Program-made: the position numbers and the translations under genes
The notes under the pieces: model-generated
Database searches by the model: none
Seen by the model: only the letters and a program-made list of their open reading frames with translations
Told to the model about the DNA's origin: nothing
Assembly (NCBI GenBank): GCA_016794525.1
Contig: JAEUJY010000077.1
Span: forward strand, 1 to 45,090
Direction of reading: 5' to 3'
DNA length: 45,090 nt
From: Myxococcales bacterium
GTDB lineage: Bacteria > Myxococcota_A > Polyangia > Haliangiales > Haliangiaceae
In this document: in pieces, positions 17,748 through 28,348 of the stretch
How the letters are laid out: every line of letters starts with the position of its first letter
Position numbering within the stretch: position 1 is the stretch's first letter

Positions 17748-19841
17748 TCACGCCACGCGGATGCGCGCGTCGATCGCGATCACGCCCTGGCCCGGGCCGC
17801 GGGTGACGATCGGGTTGAGGTCGAGCTCGAGCACCGCGCCCAGGTCGCCCATCAGGCGATCGACGCGCAGGATCGCGTCCTGCAGCGCGGCGCGGTCGGC
17901 CACCGGGCCGCCGCGGAAGCCGTCGAGCAGCGCCTGCGCCCGCACGCCATCGACGAGATCGCGGGCGTCGGCGTCGGTCAGCGGGTGGACGCGGAAGCCG
18001 ACGTCCTTCCACAGCTCGACCGCGACGCCGCCGATGCCGAAGCCGATCAGCGGGCCGAAGCCCGGCGTGCGGGTCGCGCCGACGAACAGCTCGACGCCGC
18101 GCGGCACCATCGGCTGGACGGTGACGCCGGCCATCTCGGCGGCGCGGCCGATCGCCGCGAGCCGCGCGTGGATGTCGGCGAACGCCTGGCGCACGGCGGC
18201 GGCGTCGGCGACGTCGAGGATCACGCCGCCGACGTCGGTCTTGTGGGTGATCGTCGCCGAGGCGAGCTTGATCGCGACCGGGTAGCCGACCGCGTCCGCG
18301 GCGGCGGCGGCGGCGTCCGCCGAGGTGGCGAGCTGCGTGCTCGGCTGCGCGATGCCGTAGGCCGCGAGCACGGCGCGGGTGGCGTCGGGCGGTAGCCAGC
18401 CGTGGTGATCGCCGATCGCGGCGCGCGCGGCGGCGGCGTCGACGGCGAGCTCGGGCACCGCGCCGGCGCCGCGGGCCAGCCAGCGACCGTAGCGCACCAC
18501 GCGCGCCAGCGCGATCGCCGCAGCCTCGGGGAACGCGTACGACGGGAACCGGCCCTCGCGCAGCGACGACAGCGCCGCCGGCACGCCGTGCATGCCCATG
18601 AACGACGTCAGCACCGGCTTGGTCGCGCCGGCGCCGCCGCGCTGGATCGCCGCGGCCACCGCGGCGGCCTCGGTGCCGACCGGCGGCACGAACAGCACGA
18701 TCACCGCGTCGACGCCGGGATCGGCGAGGAGCAGCGGCAGCGCGCGCTCGTAGGCCGCGGGCGTGGCGCTGGCGATCATGTCGACCGGGTTCTTGACCGA
18801 CGCCTCGGGCGGCAAGAACTCGCGCAGCGCCGCGGTGGTCGCGGCCGACAGCTCGGGGACGATCAGGCCGTGGCTCTCGCAGGCGTCGGCGGCCATGATG
18901 CCGGGGCCGCCGGCGTTGGTGAGCAGCGCGACGCGGTTGCCATGCGGCACCGGCTGGTTGGCCAGCACCATCGCCACGTCGAACAGCTCCTCGATCGTGT
19001 CGGTGCGGATCACGCCGGCCTGGGTGATCAGCGCCTCGACCGCGACCTCGCTGCCGGCCAGCGAGCCGGTGTGCGAGCTGGCGGCGCGCGCGCCGGCGCC
19101 GGTGCGGCCGCTCTTCACCGCGACGATCGGCTTGGTGCGCGCGACGCGCTGGCAGGTCGCGAGGAAGCGGGCCGGGTTGCCGAAGCTCTCGAGGTACAGC
19201 AGCACCACCTGCACCTGCGGATCGGCGCCCCAGTACTCGATCAGGTCGTTGCCCGAGACGTCGGCCTTGTTGCCGATCGACACGAACTGGTGGATGCCGA
19301 TGCCCAGCTCCTTGGCGTAGTCGAGGATCGCCAGCCCGACCGCGCCCGACTGCGACGAGAACGCGACGTTGCCGTGGGGCGGCCAGGTCGGCGCGAAGGT
19401 GGCGTCGAGCGCGACCGCCGGGTCGGCGTTGAGCAGGCCGAGGCAGTTGGGGCCGACCATCCGCATGCCGGCGGCGCGCACCTTGGCCAGCATCGCGTCC
19501 TGGATCGCGCGGCCGGCGTCGCCGGTCTCGGCGAAGCCGGCGGTGATGATCAGCACCGCCTTGACGCCGGCGGCGACGCAGTCGTCGATCACCGCCGGCA
19601 CCCGCGCCGCGGGCACGACGATCACCGCGAGGTCGACGGCGTCGGGCACCGCGCGCAGATCCGGATACGCGCGCACGCCCTGGACCGACGTCGCGCCCGG
19701 GTTGACCGGATAGACCGCGCCGGTGAAGCCGTTGGCGATCAGGTTGTGGAAGATCTCGGCGCCGATCGTGCCGCGGGTGCGCGACGCGCCGATCACCGCG
19801 ACGGTCCGGGGCTTGAGCAGCGAGTCCAGCGAGTGCGCCAT
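17748..19841 (-). CDS. Acetate/acyl-CoA ligase (ADP-forming), fused alpha and beta domains
   Basis: N-terminal CoA-binding domain PRTVAVIGASRTRGTIGAEI. His-loop SSHTGSLAGS. C-terminal ATP-grasp region. The 697-aa length is typical of the NDP-forming acyl-CoA synthetase family. Confidence 0.9.
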   Translation of the reverse strand: MAHSLDSLLKPRTVAVIGASRTRGTIGAEIFHNLIANGFTGAVYPVNPGATSVQGVRAYPDLRAVPDAVDLAVIVVPAARVPAVIDDCVAAGVKAVLIITAGFAETGDAGRAIQDAMLAKVRAAGMRMVGPNCLGLLNADPAVALDATFAPTWPPHGNVAFSSQSGAVGLAILDYAKELGIGIHQFVSIGNKADVSGNDLIEYWGADPQVQVVLLYLESFGNPARFLATCQRVARTKPIVAVKSGRTGAGARAASSHTGSLAGSEVAVEALITQAGVIRTDTIEELFDVAMVLANQPVPHGNRVALLTNAGGPGIMAADACESHGLIVPELSAATTAALREFLPPEASVKNPVDMIASATPAAYERALPLLLADPGVDAVIVLFVPPVGTEAAAVAAAIQRGGAGATKPVLTSFMGMHGVPAALSSLREGRFPSYAFPEAAAIALARVVRYGRWLARGAGAVPELAVDAAAARAAIGDHHGWLPPDATRAVLAAYGIAQPSTQLATSADAAAAAADAVGYPVAIKLASATITHKTDVGGVILDVADAAAVRQAFADIHARLAAIGRAAEMAGVTVQPMVPRGVELFVGATRTPGFGPLIGFGIGGVAVELWKDVGFRVHPLTDADARDLVDGVRAQALLDGFRGGPVADRAALQDAILRVDRLMGDLGAVLELDLNPIVTRGPGQGVIAIDARIRVA

Positions 19842-19964
19842 CGCGTGAGCCTACGCGGGGTTGCGTCGGCGCGGGGGCGACGTGGCGGCGGCGAACGGTC
19901 GCGGCCGGCGCATAGACGGCGCGCGGCACGCAACCGCGGCGCGTCGCGGCCGATAGGCGGCGGC

Positions 19965-21986
19965 ATGAATGCACCAAGGCTCGTCGCGTTGCTCTCGGTC
20001 GGTGGCTTGCTCGTCGGGTGTGGTGGCGGTCGCCTGGCGCCGCCAGCGCGGCCCACCGCGGTCGCGAAGGTGGACCTCAAGCGGGCGAAGGCGCCGGCCA
20101 GCGCGGTGATCCTGGGCACCGGCGGCGCTGGCGACGCGACCACGCTGACCCTGCCGAGCGGGCCGCAGCGCGTGACCGTCGCGCCGCTGTTCGTGCGCGG
20201 CGAGGCGGATGATGCGGTCGGCGGGATCGGCTCGGTCGATCTGATCGTGCAGGCGGCCACCAGCGGGCAGGTGAAGGTCGGCGTGTTCGAGGACGTCGCC
20301 GGCGGCGCCGGGCCCGAGTGGCGGGCCGGCGTGTGGCTCGCGGCGTACGTCGCGGTGAGCGTGCTCGACAAGGACCTCACCGACTTCGCGTTCGAGGCCA
20401 CCTCGAGCGGCCACGTCGACGGCGCGTCGGCGTCGGCGCTGATGTCGGCGGGCCTGGTCGCGGCGATCCTCGGCTGGCCCGTCGACGCGGCGGCGACGAT
20501 GACCGGGACGATCAACCCCGACGGCACCGTCGGGCCGGTCAGCGGCATCCCGCAGAAGTTCGCGGCGGCGCTGGCCGCGGGCAAGCGCCGGCTCGGCTAC
20601 CCGGTCGGCCAGCGGCTGGCCGTCGACGCCGCCACCGGCGCCGAGGTCGACCTGGTGGCGCTGGCGCGCGAGCGCGGCGCGGAGGCGGTCGAGGTCGCCG
20701 ACATCTACGGCGCGATCGAGCTGATGACCGGGCGCGCGCTGCCGCGGCCGCAGCCGCTGGCCGGCGCGGCGATGGAGCTGCCGGCCGAGATCGCCGATCG
20801 CGTCGGCGCGCGGGTCGACGTCTGGGACAAGCGGGTCGACGCGCTGCACGAGGCGCTGGACGACGGCTACGGCCTCGGGGAGGTCGGCACCGCGGCGCTG
20901 GGCGCGTACGTGCGCTCGACCGTCGCCCACGATCGCGCCTTCAAGCAACGCAAGCAGGGGATGGTGGCCCCGGCCTACCACGGCATGGTGGCCGCGTGGA
21001 TCGCGGCGTCCGCCAGCCGCGACGCCGCGATCGTGCTCGGCCTGGCCATCGACGGCGACATCGACGGCGCGGCGCGCGAGCTCGATCGCCTGACCGCCGA
21101 GTTGACGACGTCGACGGACGCGGTGCGCGCGATCGGCACCCGCAAGCCGGCGACGATGGGCGACCACCTGCTGATGCTGTCGGCGTTCGACGCGGCGATC
21201 GACGGCTGGAGCCTGCAGGGGTTCGCCGAGGCGCTGGTCCGCCGCACCCGGCTGCGCCTCGAGGTTCTGCGCGAGGACGGCGACGACTACGCGCTCGCCG
21301 CGGTGGGCCGCGACGTCGTGGCCGCGACCACGGCGATCGCGCGGGCGCGCGCCGCGGTGCTGCTGGCGCAGGACGCGGCGGAGATCGAGGCGGCGCCGTC
21401 GGCGGTGTACCGCTGCTCGCTGCCGGCGGTGAAGCGGCTCGCGACGTCGTTCGCGGCGGCGGCGGGGTCCAACCTGGCCTACGTCGAGGCGCTGGGCGGC
21501 ATCACCTCCGACCTCGGTCGCGACCTCACCGCGACGAGCGAGCCCGACTACCTGGTCGCGGCGGTCGGCAGCCGCGTCGGGGACGCCACCGGCGTGCCGG
21601 CGACCCTCAAGGCCGCGTGGGGCGAGGACTCGGTCGGCTGGCGGCTGTTCACGCTCGCCGCGAGCCAGCAGTCGTACTTCCGCAGCTCGCTGCTCGCGTC
21701 GCGCTGGCACTCGCTGCGCGTGCGGGCCGGCCTCGACGGCCGCGCCTACGCCATCGGCAATGAGCGCGCCCTGCTCAACATGCTCGAGTTCGCCGAGCAG
21801 CGCGCGCGCGAGCACGCCCACGCGGCGCAGGTCGCGACCGGCGCGGTGCCGCTGCAGGCGCAGCTGCACTACCAGACCGCGCGCGGGCTGCGCGACGGCG
21901 ACGCGGCCGACAAGCTCGACGCGCTCGCCGCGTACTGGGCGGCCTCGGCCTACGCGCAGTCGGCGTTGATGCTGGCCCGCAACTGA
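19965..21986 (+). CDS. Lipoprotein with a Lon-protease (S16) proteolytic domain and a large C-terminal helical domain; no AAA+ module
   Basis: Start MNAPRLVALLSVGGLLVGC. HVDGASASALMSAGLVAAILG aligns with the Lon Ser motif (DGPSAG) and SGIPQKFAAALAAGKRRL with the Lys motif (GGxKEK...AG.K). The catalytic Ser and Lys appear to be retained. Confidence 0.7.
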   Translation: MNAPRLVALLSVGGLLVGCGGGRLAPPARPTAVAKVDLKRAKAPASAVILGTGGAGDATTLTLPSGPQRVTVAPLFVRGEADDAVGGIGSVDLIVQAATSGQVKVGVFEDVAGGAGPEWRAGVWLAAYVAVSVLDKDLTDFAFEATSSGHVDGASASALMSAGLVAAILGWPVDAAATMTGTINPDGTVGPVSGIPQKFAAALAAGKRRLGYPVGQRLAVDAATGAEVDLVALARERGAEAVEVADIYGAIELMTGRALPRPQPLAGAAMELPAEIADRVGARVDVWDKRVDALHEALDDGYGLGEVGTAALGAYVRSTVAHDRAFKQRKQGMVAPAYHGMVAAWIAASASRDAAIVLGLAIDGDIDGAARELDRLTAELTTSTDAVRAIGTRKPATMGDHLLMLSAFDAAIDGWSLQGFAEALVRRTRLRLEVLREDGDDYALAAVGRDVVAATTAIARARAAVLLAQDAAEIEAAPSAVYRCSLPAVKRLATSFAAAAGSNLAYVEALGGITSDLGRDLTATSEPDYLVAAVGSRVGDATGVPATLKAAWGEDSVGWRLFTLAASQQSYFRSSLLASRWHSLRVRAGLDGRAYAIGNERALLNMLEFAEQRAREHAHAAQVATGAVPLQAQLHYQTARGLRDGDAADKLDALAAYWAASAYAQSALMLARN

Positions 21987-21992
21987 TCGCGG

Positions 21993-23297
21993 TCAGCGGA
22001 AGATCACCGGCACCGCGGTGAGCTGGCGGTCGCGTGAGTCGGGTGGGGCGTCGACGCCCAGCGCGCCGCCGTCGTGCTCGCCCCAGCAGCGCACCGAGCG
22101 ATCGGCGAGCAGCGCGCAGGCGTGGTACTGCCCGGTGGCCACCGCGATCGTGTCCTCGGTGCCGGGGATCGCGCGCGGTCGACGGAACGACCAGTCGGTG
22201 CTGAAGGACCACTGGCCCCAGCACCACACGTCGCGGCTGGGTGAGAGCGCGCAGCTGCGGCCGTGGCCGGCGCTGACCGCGACGCCGTGGACGCCGCCGC
22301 CGGCCCAGACCCACCAGCGGCGATCGGCGAACACCTGTTCGTGGGTCTTCGGCGGCGCTGTCGGTTCGGGCGGACAGCAGCGATCGGGTCGCGGCGGATC
22401 GCGCGGGTCGCGCGGTGGCGGCGCGTCGGTCCAGCGGCACACGACGCCGCGCTGGTCGTACGGATCGCACTGCGCGTTGTCGGGGACGCGCTGATCGCCG
22501 AGCTGGCCGAACTCGTCGGCGCCGCCGCACCACACCAGCGTGTCGGTGTCGGCGAAGCAGACGTGGCGCCAGCCGATGCCGATCGCCGTCGCCTTGGCCA
22601 GCGGCTTCGACACCGTCGCGCGCAGCACCGGCCCCGGGACGTTGCCGAAAAGCCCGGCGGTGTTGAAGCCCCAGCAGCGTGGGCCGCCCTCGGCGACGAA
22701 CGCGCACGCGACGTCGTCGCCCGCGACCAGCCGGGTCGCGCCATGCAGGCCGACGACGCGCCCGGGCCGCGCCGCCGCGTGCGGATCGCCGCCGTGGCCG
22801 ACCTCGCCGGGGTGGCCCCAGCACCACACCGCGCCGTCGCGATCGCGCGCGCAGGTCTGGCCGCCGCCCGCCACCACCTCGACCACGCCGCTCACGCCCT
22901 CGACCGTCGCGATCGTGTCGCGCGACACCAGCGTCCCATCGCCGAGCTGCCCGTTGCGGTTGTCGCCCCAGCACGCCACCGTGCCGTCGCCGCGAGCCAC
23001 GCACACGTGCCGCGTGCCCACCGCCAGCGACACCACGCCCGTCAGCCCGATCCGCGTCGCCACCGCCGCCGCCGGTATCGCCGCCAGCCCCACCGCGCCC
23101 CAGCACCACACCTCTCCCGACTCCGCCAGCGCGCAGCTCCGCCGGTCGCCCACCCCGATCGCCTGGATCGCCGGCCCCGCCCCCGCATCCACCGCCACCG
23201 CCGCCGCATCCACCGCCACCCCGCCATCCGCCGGCGGCGCCGCCGCGCGCCCCGCCGTCCCGCACGCCATCAGCATCAACAGCATCCATCGTCCCAT
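21993..23297 (-). CDS. RCC1 (regulator of chromosome condensation)-repeat lipoprotein
   Basis: Start MGRWMLLMLMACG. Repeated units H.CA.....V.CWG.N..GQLG (for example GTRHVCVARGDGTVACWGDNRNGQLG, GQYHACALLADRSVRCWGEHDGGALG). Confidence 0.8.
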   Translation of the reverse strand: MGRWMLLMLMACGTAGRAAAPPADGGVAVDAAAVAVDAGAGPAIQAIGVGDRRSCALAESGEVWCWGAVGLAAIPAAAVATRIGLTGVVSLAVGTRHVCVARGDGTVACWGDNRNGQLGDGTLVSRDTIATVEGVSGVVEVVAGGGQTCARDRDGAVWCWGHPGEVGHGGDPHAAARPGRVVGLHGATRLVAGDDVACAFVAEGGPRCWGFNTAGLFGNVPGPVLRATVSKPLAKATAIGIGWRHVCFADTDTLVWCGGADEFGQLGDQRVPDNAQCDPYDQRGVVCRWTDAPPPRDPRDPPRPDRCCPPEPTAPPKTHEQVFADRRWWVWAGGGVHGVAVSAGHGRSCALSPSRDVWCWGQWSFSTDWSFRRPRAIPGTEDTIAVATGQYHACALLADRSVRCWGEHDGGALGVDAPPDSRDRQLTAVPVIFR

Positions 23298-23317
23298 CGC
23301 CCGACAAACGCCCCACC

Positions 23318-23592
23318 CGGGGACAGGATCTACCCCTCCATCACTTCGAAATCACTCCAGATAATCAGCCCACCGCGTCGCAAAAGGGGACAGGATCCTG
23401 GGTCGCAAGCATCCAGAATCAATTGCGATTTTCGGCCGAGCGCGGCGAAATGCCACCGACTCCGGCGGCGACGGCAACGAGAAACACGCAAACTTTCAAC
23501 GTCTTACGACCCAGGGAAGTGTCCCTTTTCGCGACGCGCGGCCCGATTTTTCAGCAATGATTTCATCGCGATGGAGGGGTAGATCCTGTCCC
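23318..23592. repeat. Roughly 275-bp AT-richer palindromic (MITE-like) element with 23-bp perfect terminal inverted repeats GGGACAGGATCTACCCCTCCATC (23321..23343 and 23570..23592) and nested imperfect inner inverted repeats
   Basis: The right arm is the reverse complement of the left arm. Identity is perfect for 23 bp, about 65% over the next 40 bp, and again high for the inner pair 23376..23410 / 23500..23538. Local GC is well below the window average. Confidence 0.55.
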
Positions 23593-24414
23593 TCGGGCGC
23601 AGCGGGCGCCGAGCTCGACGCTGCGGCGGCCGGGCTCGCCGCTCCAGCGGCGGGCGACCCGGAAGGCGTGGCGCTCGGCGGTGGTCCAGGCGCCGCCGCG
23701 CACGACGCGCTGTCCCTCGACCCGGCAGGTACCGCCGGGGCCGTAGGGGGCGTAGAGGTCCGCGGTCCACTCCCAGACGTTGCCGGCCATGTCGAGCGCG
23801 CCGGCGGCGCTGGCGCCCTGCGGGTAGCTGCCGACCGGCGCGGTCTGCGAGTGGCCGTCGTCGCCCCCGATCTCGGACGTCCGCGCGTGGCCGAGCGACG
23901 TCAGCTTGGCCGCGCAGTCGGCGCCGCAGGCGTTGAGCCGCGTGCCATCGGGCGGCGCTTCGCCCCACGGATACGTGCGTCGATCGCCGCCGCGCGCCGC
24001 GTACTCCCACTCCGCCTCCGTCGGCAGACGGCCGCCGCTCCACGCGCAGACCGCCTGCGCCTCGGTCCAGTCGATGCAGTTCATCGGATGGTCGCCGCGG
24101 TCGGCGAAGTTCGCGTTGCACGGGGCGTACGGCTTCGGCGGCGGCGGGCACGCGCCGGCGGCGGCGCACGCGGCGTACGCGGCCACCGTCACCTCGGTGC
24201 GGTCCAGGCAGAACGACGCCACCGCCACGTCGTGCTGCGGATACTCGTCCTCGGCGCCGACGCCGTCGGGCGACCCCATCTGGAAGGTCCCGCCCGCGAC
24301 GAGCACGCTGCCGTGGGCGCACGCGTCGACCGGCGGTGGCGGCGAAGGCGGTGGCACATGCTCCGCCTTGTCAGCACAGGCGGCGACGAGCACCAGCGCG
24401 ACGGCGCTCCGCAT
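23563..24414 (-). CDS. Formylglycine-generating-enzyme (FGE/SUMF1) family lipoprotein
   Basis: Start MRSAVALVLVAACADK. FGE-family blocks: FQMGS, YPQHDVAVASFCLDRTEVT, RLPTEAEWEYAARGG, YPWG, DMAGNVWEWTAD, RVVRGGAW. The last 9 codons and the stop are encoded inside the right TIR of the palindromic element. Confidence 0.8.
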   Translation of the reverse strand: MRSAVALVLVAACADKAEHVPPPSPPPPVDACAHGSVLVAGGTFQMGSPDGVGAEDEYPQHDVAVASFCLDRTEVTVAAYAACAAAGACPPPPKPYAPCNANFADRGDHPMNCIDWTEAQAVCAWSGGRLPTEAEWEYAARGGDRRTYPWGEAPPDGTRLNACGADCAAKLTSLGHARTSEIGGDDGHSQTAPVGSYPQGASAAGALDMAGNVWEWTADLYAPYGPGGTCRVEGQRVVRGGAWTTAERHAFRVARRWSGEPGRRSVELGARCARGTGSTPPSR

Positions 24415-24577
24415 CCTGCGAGTGGAGCATGCTTCGCCGCCTCGTCGCTCCACACGCCGTCCTCACGACGTTCGGCGCCCACGACGATCGGCGCTCTGCG
24501 GCTACACATGTCCGCGCCCGCCGGTGAAAACGCGCGCCAGGCCGAATTTACTGATTGATTCCAGATGGCTAAGACCC

Positions 24578-24591
24578 TAGATCCTGTCCCC
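24578..24591 (+). repeat. Fourth copy of the core TAGATCCTGTCCCC, immediately abutting the ATG of CDS 24592..26058
   Basis: The same 14-mer forms the core of both TIRs of the palindromic element. It is preceded by TGATTGATTCCAGATGG, which resembles TGATTTC..GATGG in the TIR flanks. Confidence 0.5.
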
Positions 24592-26058
24592 ATGACGATT
24601 CGGGTGCTGATGGCGCTGGCGCTGCTGGGGTGTAAAGGGAAGCCGGCGGCGGTGAAGGAGCAGCGGGTGGCGGATGCGCGGGTGGCGGCGGGGGAGCGGT
24701 GGGGCGGGGCGATCGAGATCGCGGGGCAGGTGCCGCTGGAGTTCGAGCTGATGTGGATGCCGGGGCCGGCGGCGACGATGGCGATCCCGCAGCAGGGGCT
24801 GGCGGCGACGGCGCTGGTGGACGTGACGGCGACGGGGAACGCGATGACGTTCACGCTGCAGCCGCCGGGCGCGGCGCCGGCGGCGTACGCGCGGTTCGCG
24901 GTGGAGCGCGCGGCCGACGGGACGACGGCGCGCGGGACGCTGAAGCAGAACGGGGCGGAGCTGCCGGTGCGGATGCGCCGGCTCGCCGACGGCGAGGTGG
25001 TCGGCGCGGCGCCGGTGCGCCCGCAGGAGCCGAAGCCGCCGCTGCCGTACGACGCGCGCGAGGCGAGCTACGCCAGCAAGGACGGCACGCGGCTGGCCGG
25101 GACGCTCACCGTGCCGCGCGGCGGCGGGCCGCACCCCGCGGTCGTGCTGATCACCGGCACCGGCGCGCAGGACCGCGACGAGTCGCTCGCCGGCCACAAG
25201 CCGTTCCTGGTGCTGGCCGACCACCTGACCCGCCACGGCGTCGCGGTGCTGCGCGTCGACGATCGCGGCGTCGGCGGCTCGGGCGGCGATACGGCGGCCA
25301 CCGACCTCGACGGCAAGGTCGAGGACGCGCTGGCCGGCGTCGCGTGGCTGCGCCAGCAGCCCGACATCGACGGCGCGCGGGTCGGCCTCGTCGGCCACAG
25401 CGAGGGCGGCGTGATCGCGCCGATGGCCGCGAGCCGGCCCGACGCGCGGATCGCGTTCATCGTGCTGCTCGCCGGGCCCGGCGTCACCGGCGCGCAGGTG
25501 TCGCTGCGCCAGCTCGAGCAGATCATGCGGGTCGGGGGCTCGGACGAGGCCACGATCAAGGCCGCCGTCGATGGCCAGCGCGTGCTGCTGGCCGCGCAGG
25601 CGCGCACCGCCGATCCGGTCGAGCTGCGCAAGGCGATCGAGGCCCGCATCGACCAGCTCGCGCAGCTGGCGTCGCCGGTCGAGCGCGCGCAGTTCACCGG
25701 CGACGCGCGCACCGCGATGATCACCAACGGGCTGGCCGGCCTGGCGTCGCCGGCGTCGCGCTCGTTCTCGCTGACCGACCCCGCGCCCTACCTCGCCAAG
25801 GTGCGCTGCCCGGTGCTCGCGCTCGGCGGCAGCCTCGACCTGCAGGTCGCCGCCGACGAGAACCTCGCCGCGATCCAGGCCGCGCTCGCTCGCGGCGGCA
25901 ACCCCGACGTCACCGTCGCCACGCTGCCCGGCCTCAACCACCTGTTCCAGCCGGCGCGGCGCGGCCTGATCGACGAGTACGCGCAGATCGAGACGACGTT
26001 CGATCCGGCGGCGCTCGAGCGCGTGTCGACCTGGCTCACCGCCCGCGCCGCGCGCTGA
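24592..26058 (+). CDS. Alpha/beta-hydrolase fold lipoprotein
   Basis: Start MTIRVLMALALLGC. Nucleophile elbow GHSEGG. Later Asp/His region (LGGSLD, LNHLF). A roughly 150-aa N-terminal extension precedes the hydrolase core. Confidence 0.8.
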   Translation: MTIRVLMALALLGCKGKPAAVKEQRVADARVAAGERWGGAIEIAGQVPLEFELMWMPGPAATMAIPQQGLAATALVDVTATGNAMTFTLQPPGAAPAAYARFAVERAADGTTARGTLKQNGAELPVRMRRLADGEVVGAAPVRPQEPKPPLPYDAREASYASKDGTRLAGTLTVPRGGGPHPAVVLITGTGAQDRDESLAGHKPFLVLADHLTRHGVAVLRVDDRGVGGSGGDTAATDLDGKVEDALAGVAWLRQQPDIDGARVGLVGHSEGGVIAPMAASRPDARIAFIVLLAGPGVTGAQVSLRQLEQIMRVGGSDEATIKAAVDGQRVLLAAQARTADPVELRKAIEARIDQLAQLASPVERAQFTGDARTAMITNGLAGLASPASRSFSLTDPAPYLAKVRCPVLALGGSLDLQVAADENLAAIQAALARGGNPDVTVATLPGLNHLFQPARRGLIDEYAQIETTFDPAALERVSTWLTARAAR

Positions 26059-26592
26059 TCACGGCGGCGGCGCGAAGCACGGCTCGAGGTACGGCTGCAT
26101 CGCCGCCAGCACCGCGTCGATCGCCACCGGCTGCCAGCCGTCGGCGAGGATCGCCACCGCGACGTCGCCGACGGTCCGCTGCGCCGTCCGGTGATCGCTG
26201 CCCAGCTCGACGGTCGCGAACGACTGCCAGCGATCCGACGTCGCGGGCCGATCGGCGGGCCGCACCGCGAAGACGTGGATCGGCGCGACGTCCCAGGTCG
26301 GCGGGTAGGCGTGGGCGCTGACCTCCTCGCGATCGGGCCGCCGCTCGTGCTGCACCGCCATCGTCGCCAGCACCGGCTCGACCCGGCTGGCCGCCTCGCG
26401 CGCGGCCAGCATCGCGTCGCGGCAGCGCGCGGCCCACGCGGTCGGCGGCAGGCCGGCGTCGACGGGCGGCGGCGCGGCCAGGTTGCGCGGCGGCGCGATC
26501 GGCGCGCGGTCGCGGCGGTCGCTGCGATCGCACGCGACCACCATCGCCAGCGCGATCAGCGGCGTGCGCACGCGGCGAGGATACGCCGCCAT
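26059..26592 (-). CDS. Hypothetical lipoprotein, last gene of the uppS-cdsA operon
   Basis: Start MAAYPRRVRTPLIALAMVVAC (lipobox), lying 3 nt after the cdsA stop. Composition is moderately protein-like (W, Y, H present). No family recognised. Confidence 0.5.
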   Translation of the reverse strand: MAAYPRRVRTPLIALAMVVACDRSDRRDRAPIAPPRNLAAPPPVDAGLPPTAWAARCRDAMLAAREAASRVEPVLATMAVQHERRPDREEVSAHAYPPTWDVAPIHVFAVRPADRPATSDRWQSFATVELGSDHRTAQRTVGDVAVAILADGWQPVAIDAVLAAMQPYLEPCFAPPP

Positions 26593-26595
26593 CGC

Positions 26596-27471
<876 letters not shown>

Positions 27472-27504
27472 GGCCGCGCAGCTAACCGCGCGGGGCCCGA
27501 GCGG

Positions 27505-28254
<750 letters not shown>

Positions 28255-28348
28255 GGCGAAGGCGCGAGGTATCACGCGCAGGCGCCGCGTTGCAACATGG
28301 CGGTTCTTCCCGTACGCTCGAGAGACCGGCGCAACACGGGAAAAATCC

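Noticed and set aside
22679-23560. Pro-rich ORF (PPPPPPHPPPPRHPP) on the plus strand opposite the RCC1 gene.
   Set aside because: It is a frame-shifted shadow of the Gly/Trp-rich RCC1 coding strand; the poly-Pro stretch mirrors the GGG/TGG codons.
28255-28348. Possible sigma-54 (-24/-12) promoter upstream of pspA.
   Set aside because: TTGCA and TGGC elements are present (gcgTTGCAacaTGGCgg), but in the wrong order and spacing for the TGGCAC-N5-TTGCW consensus on either strand.
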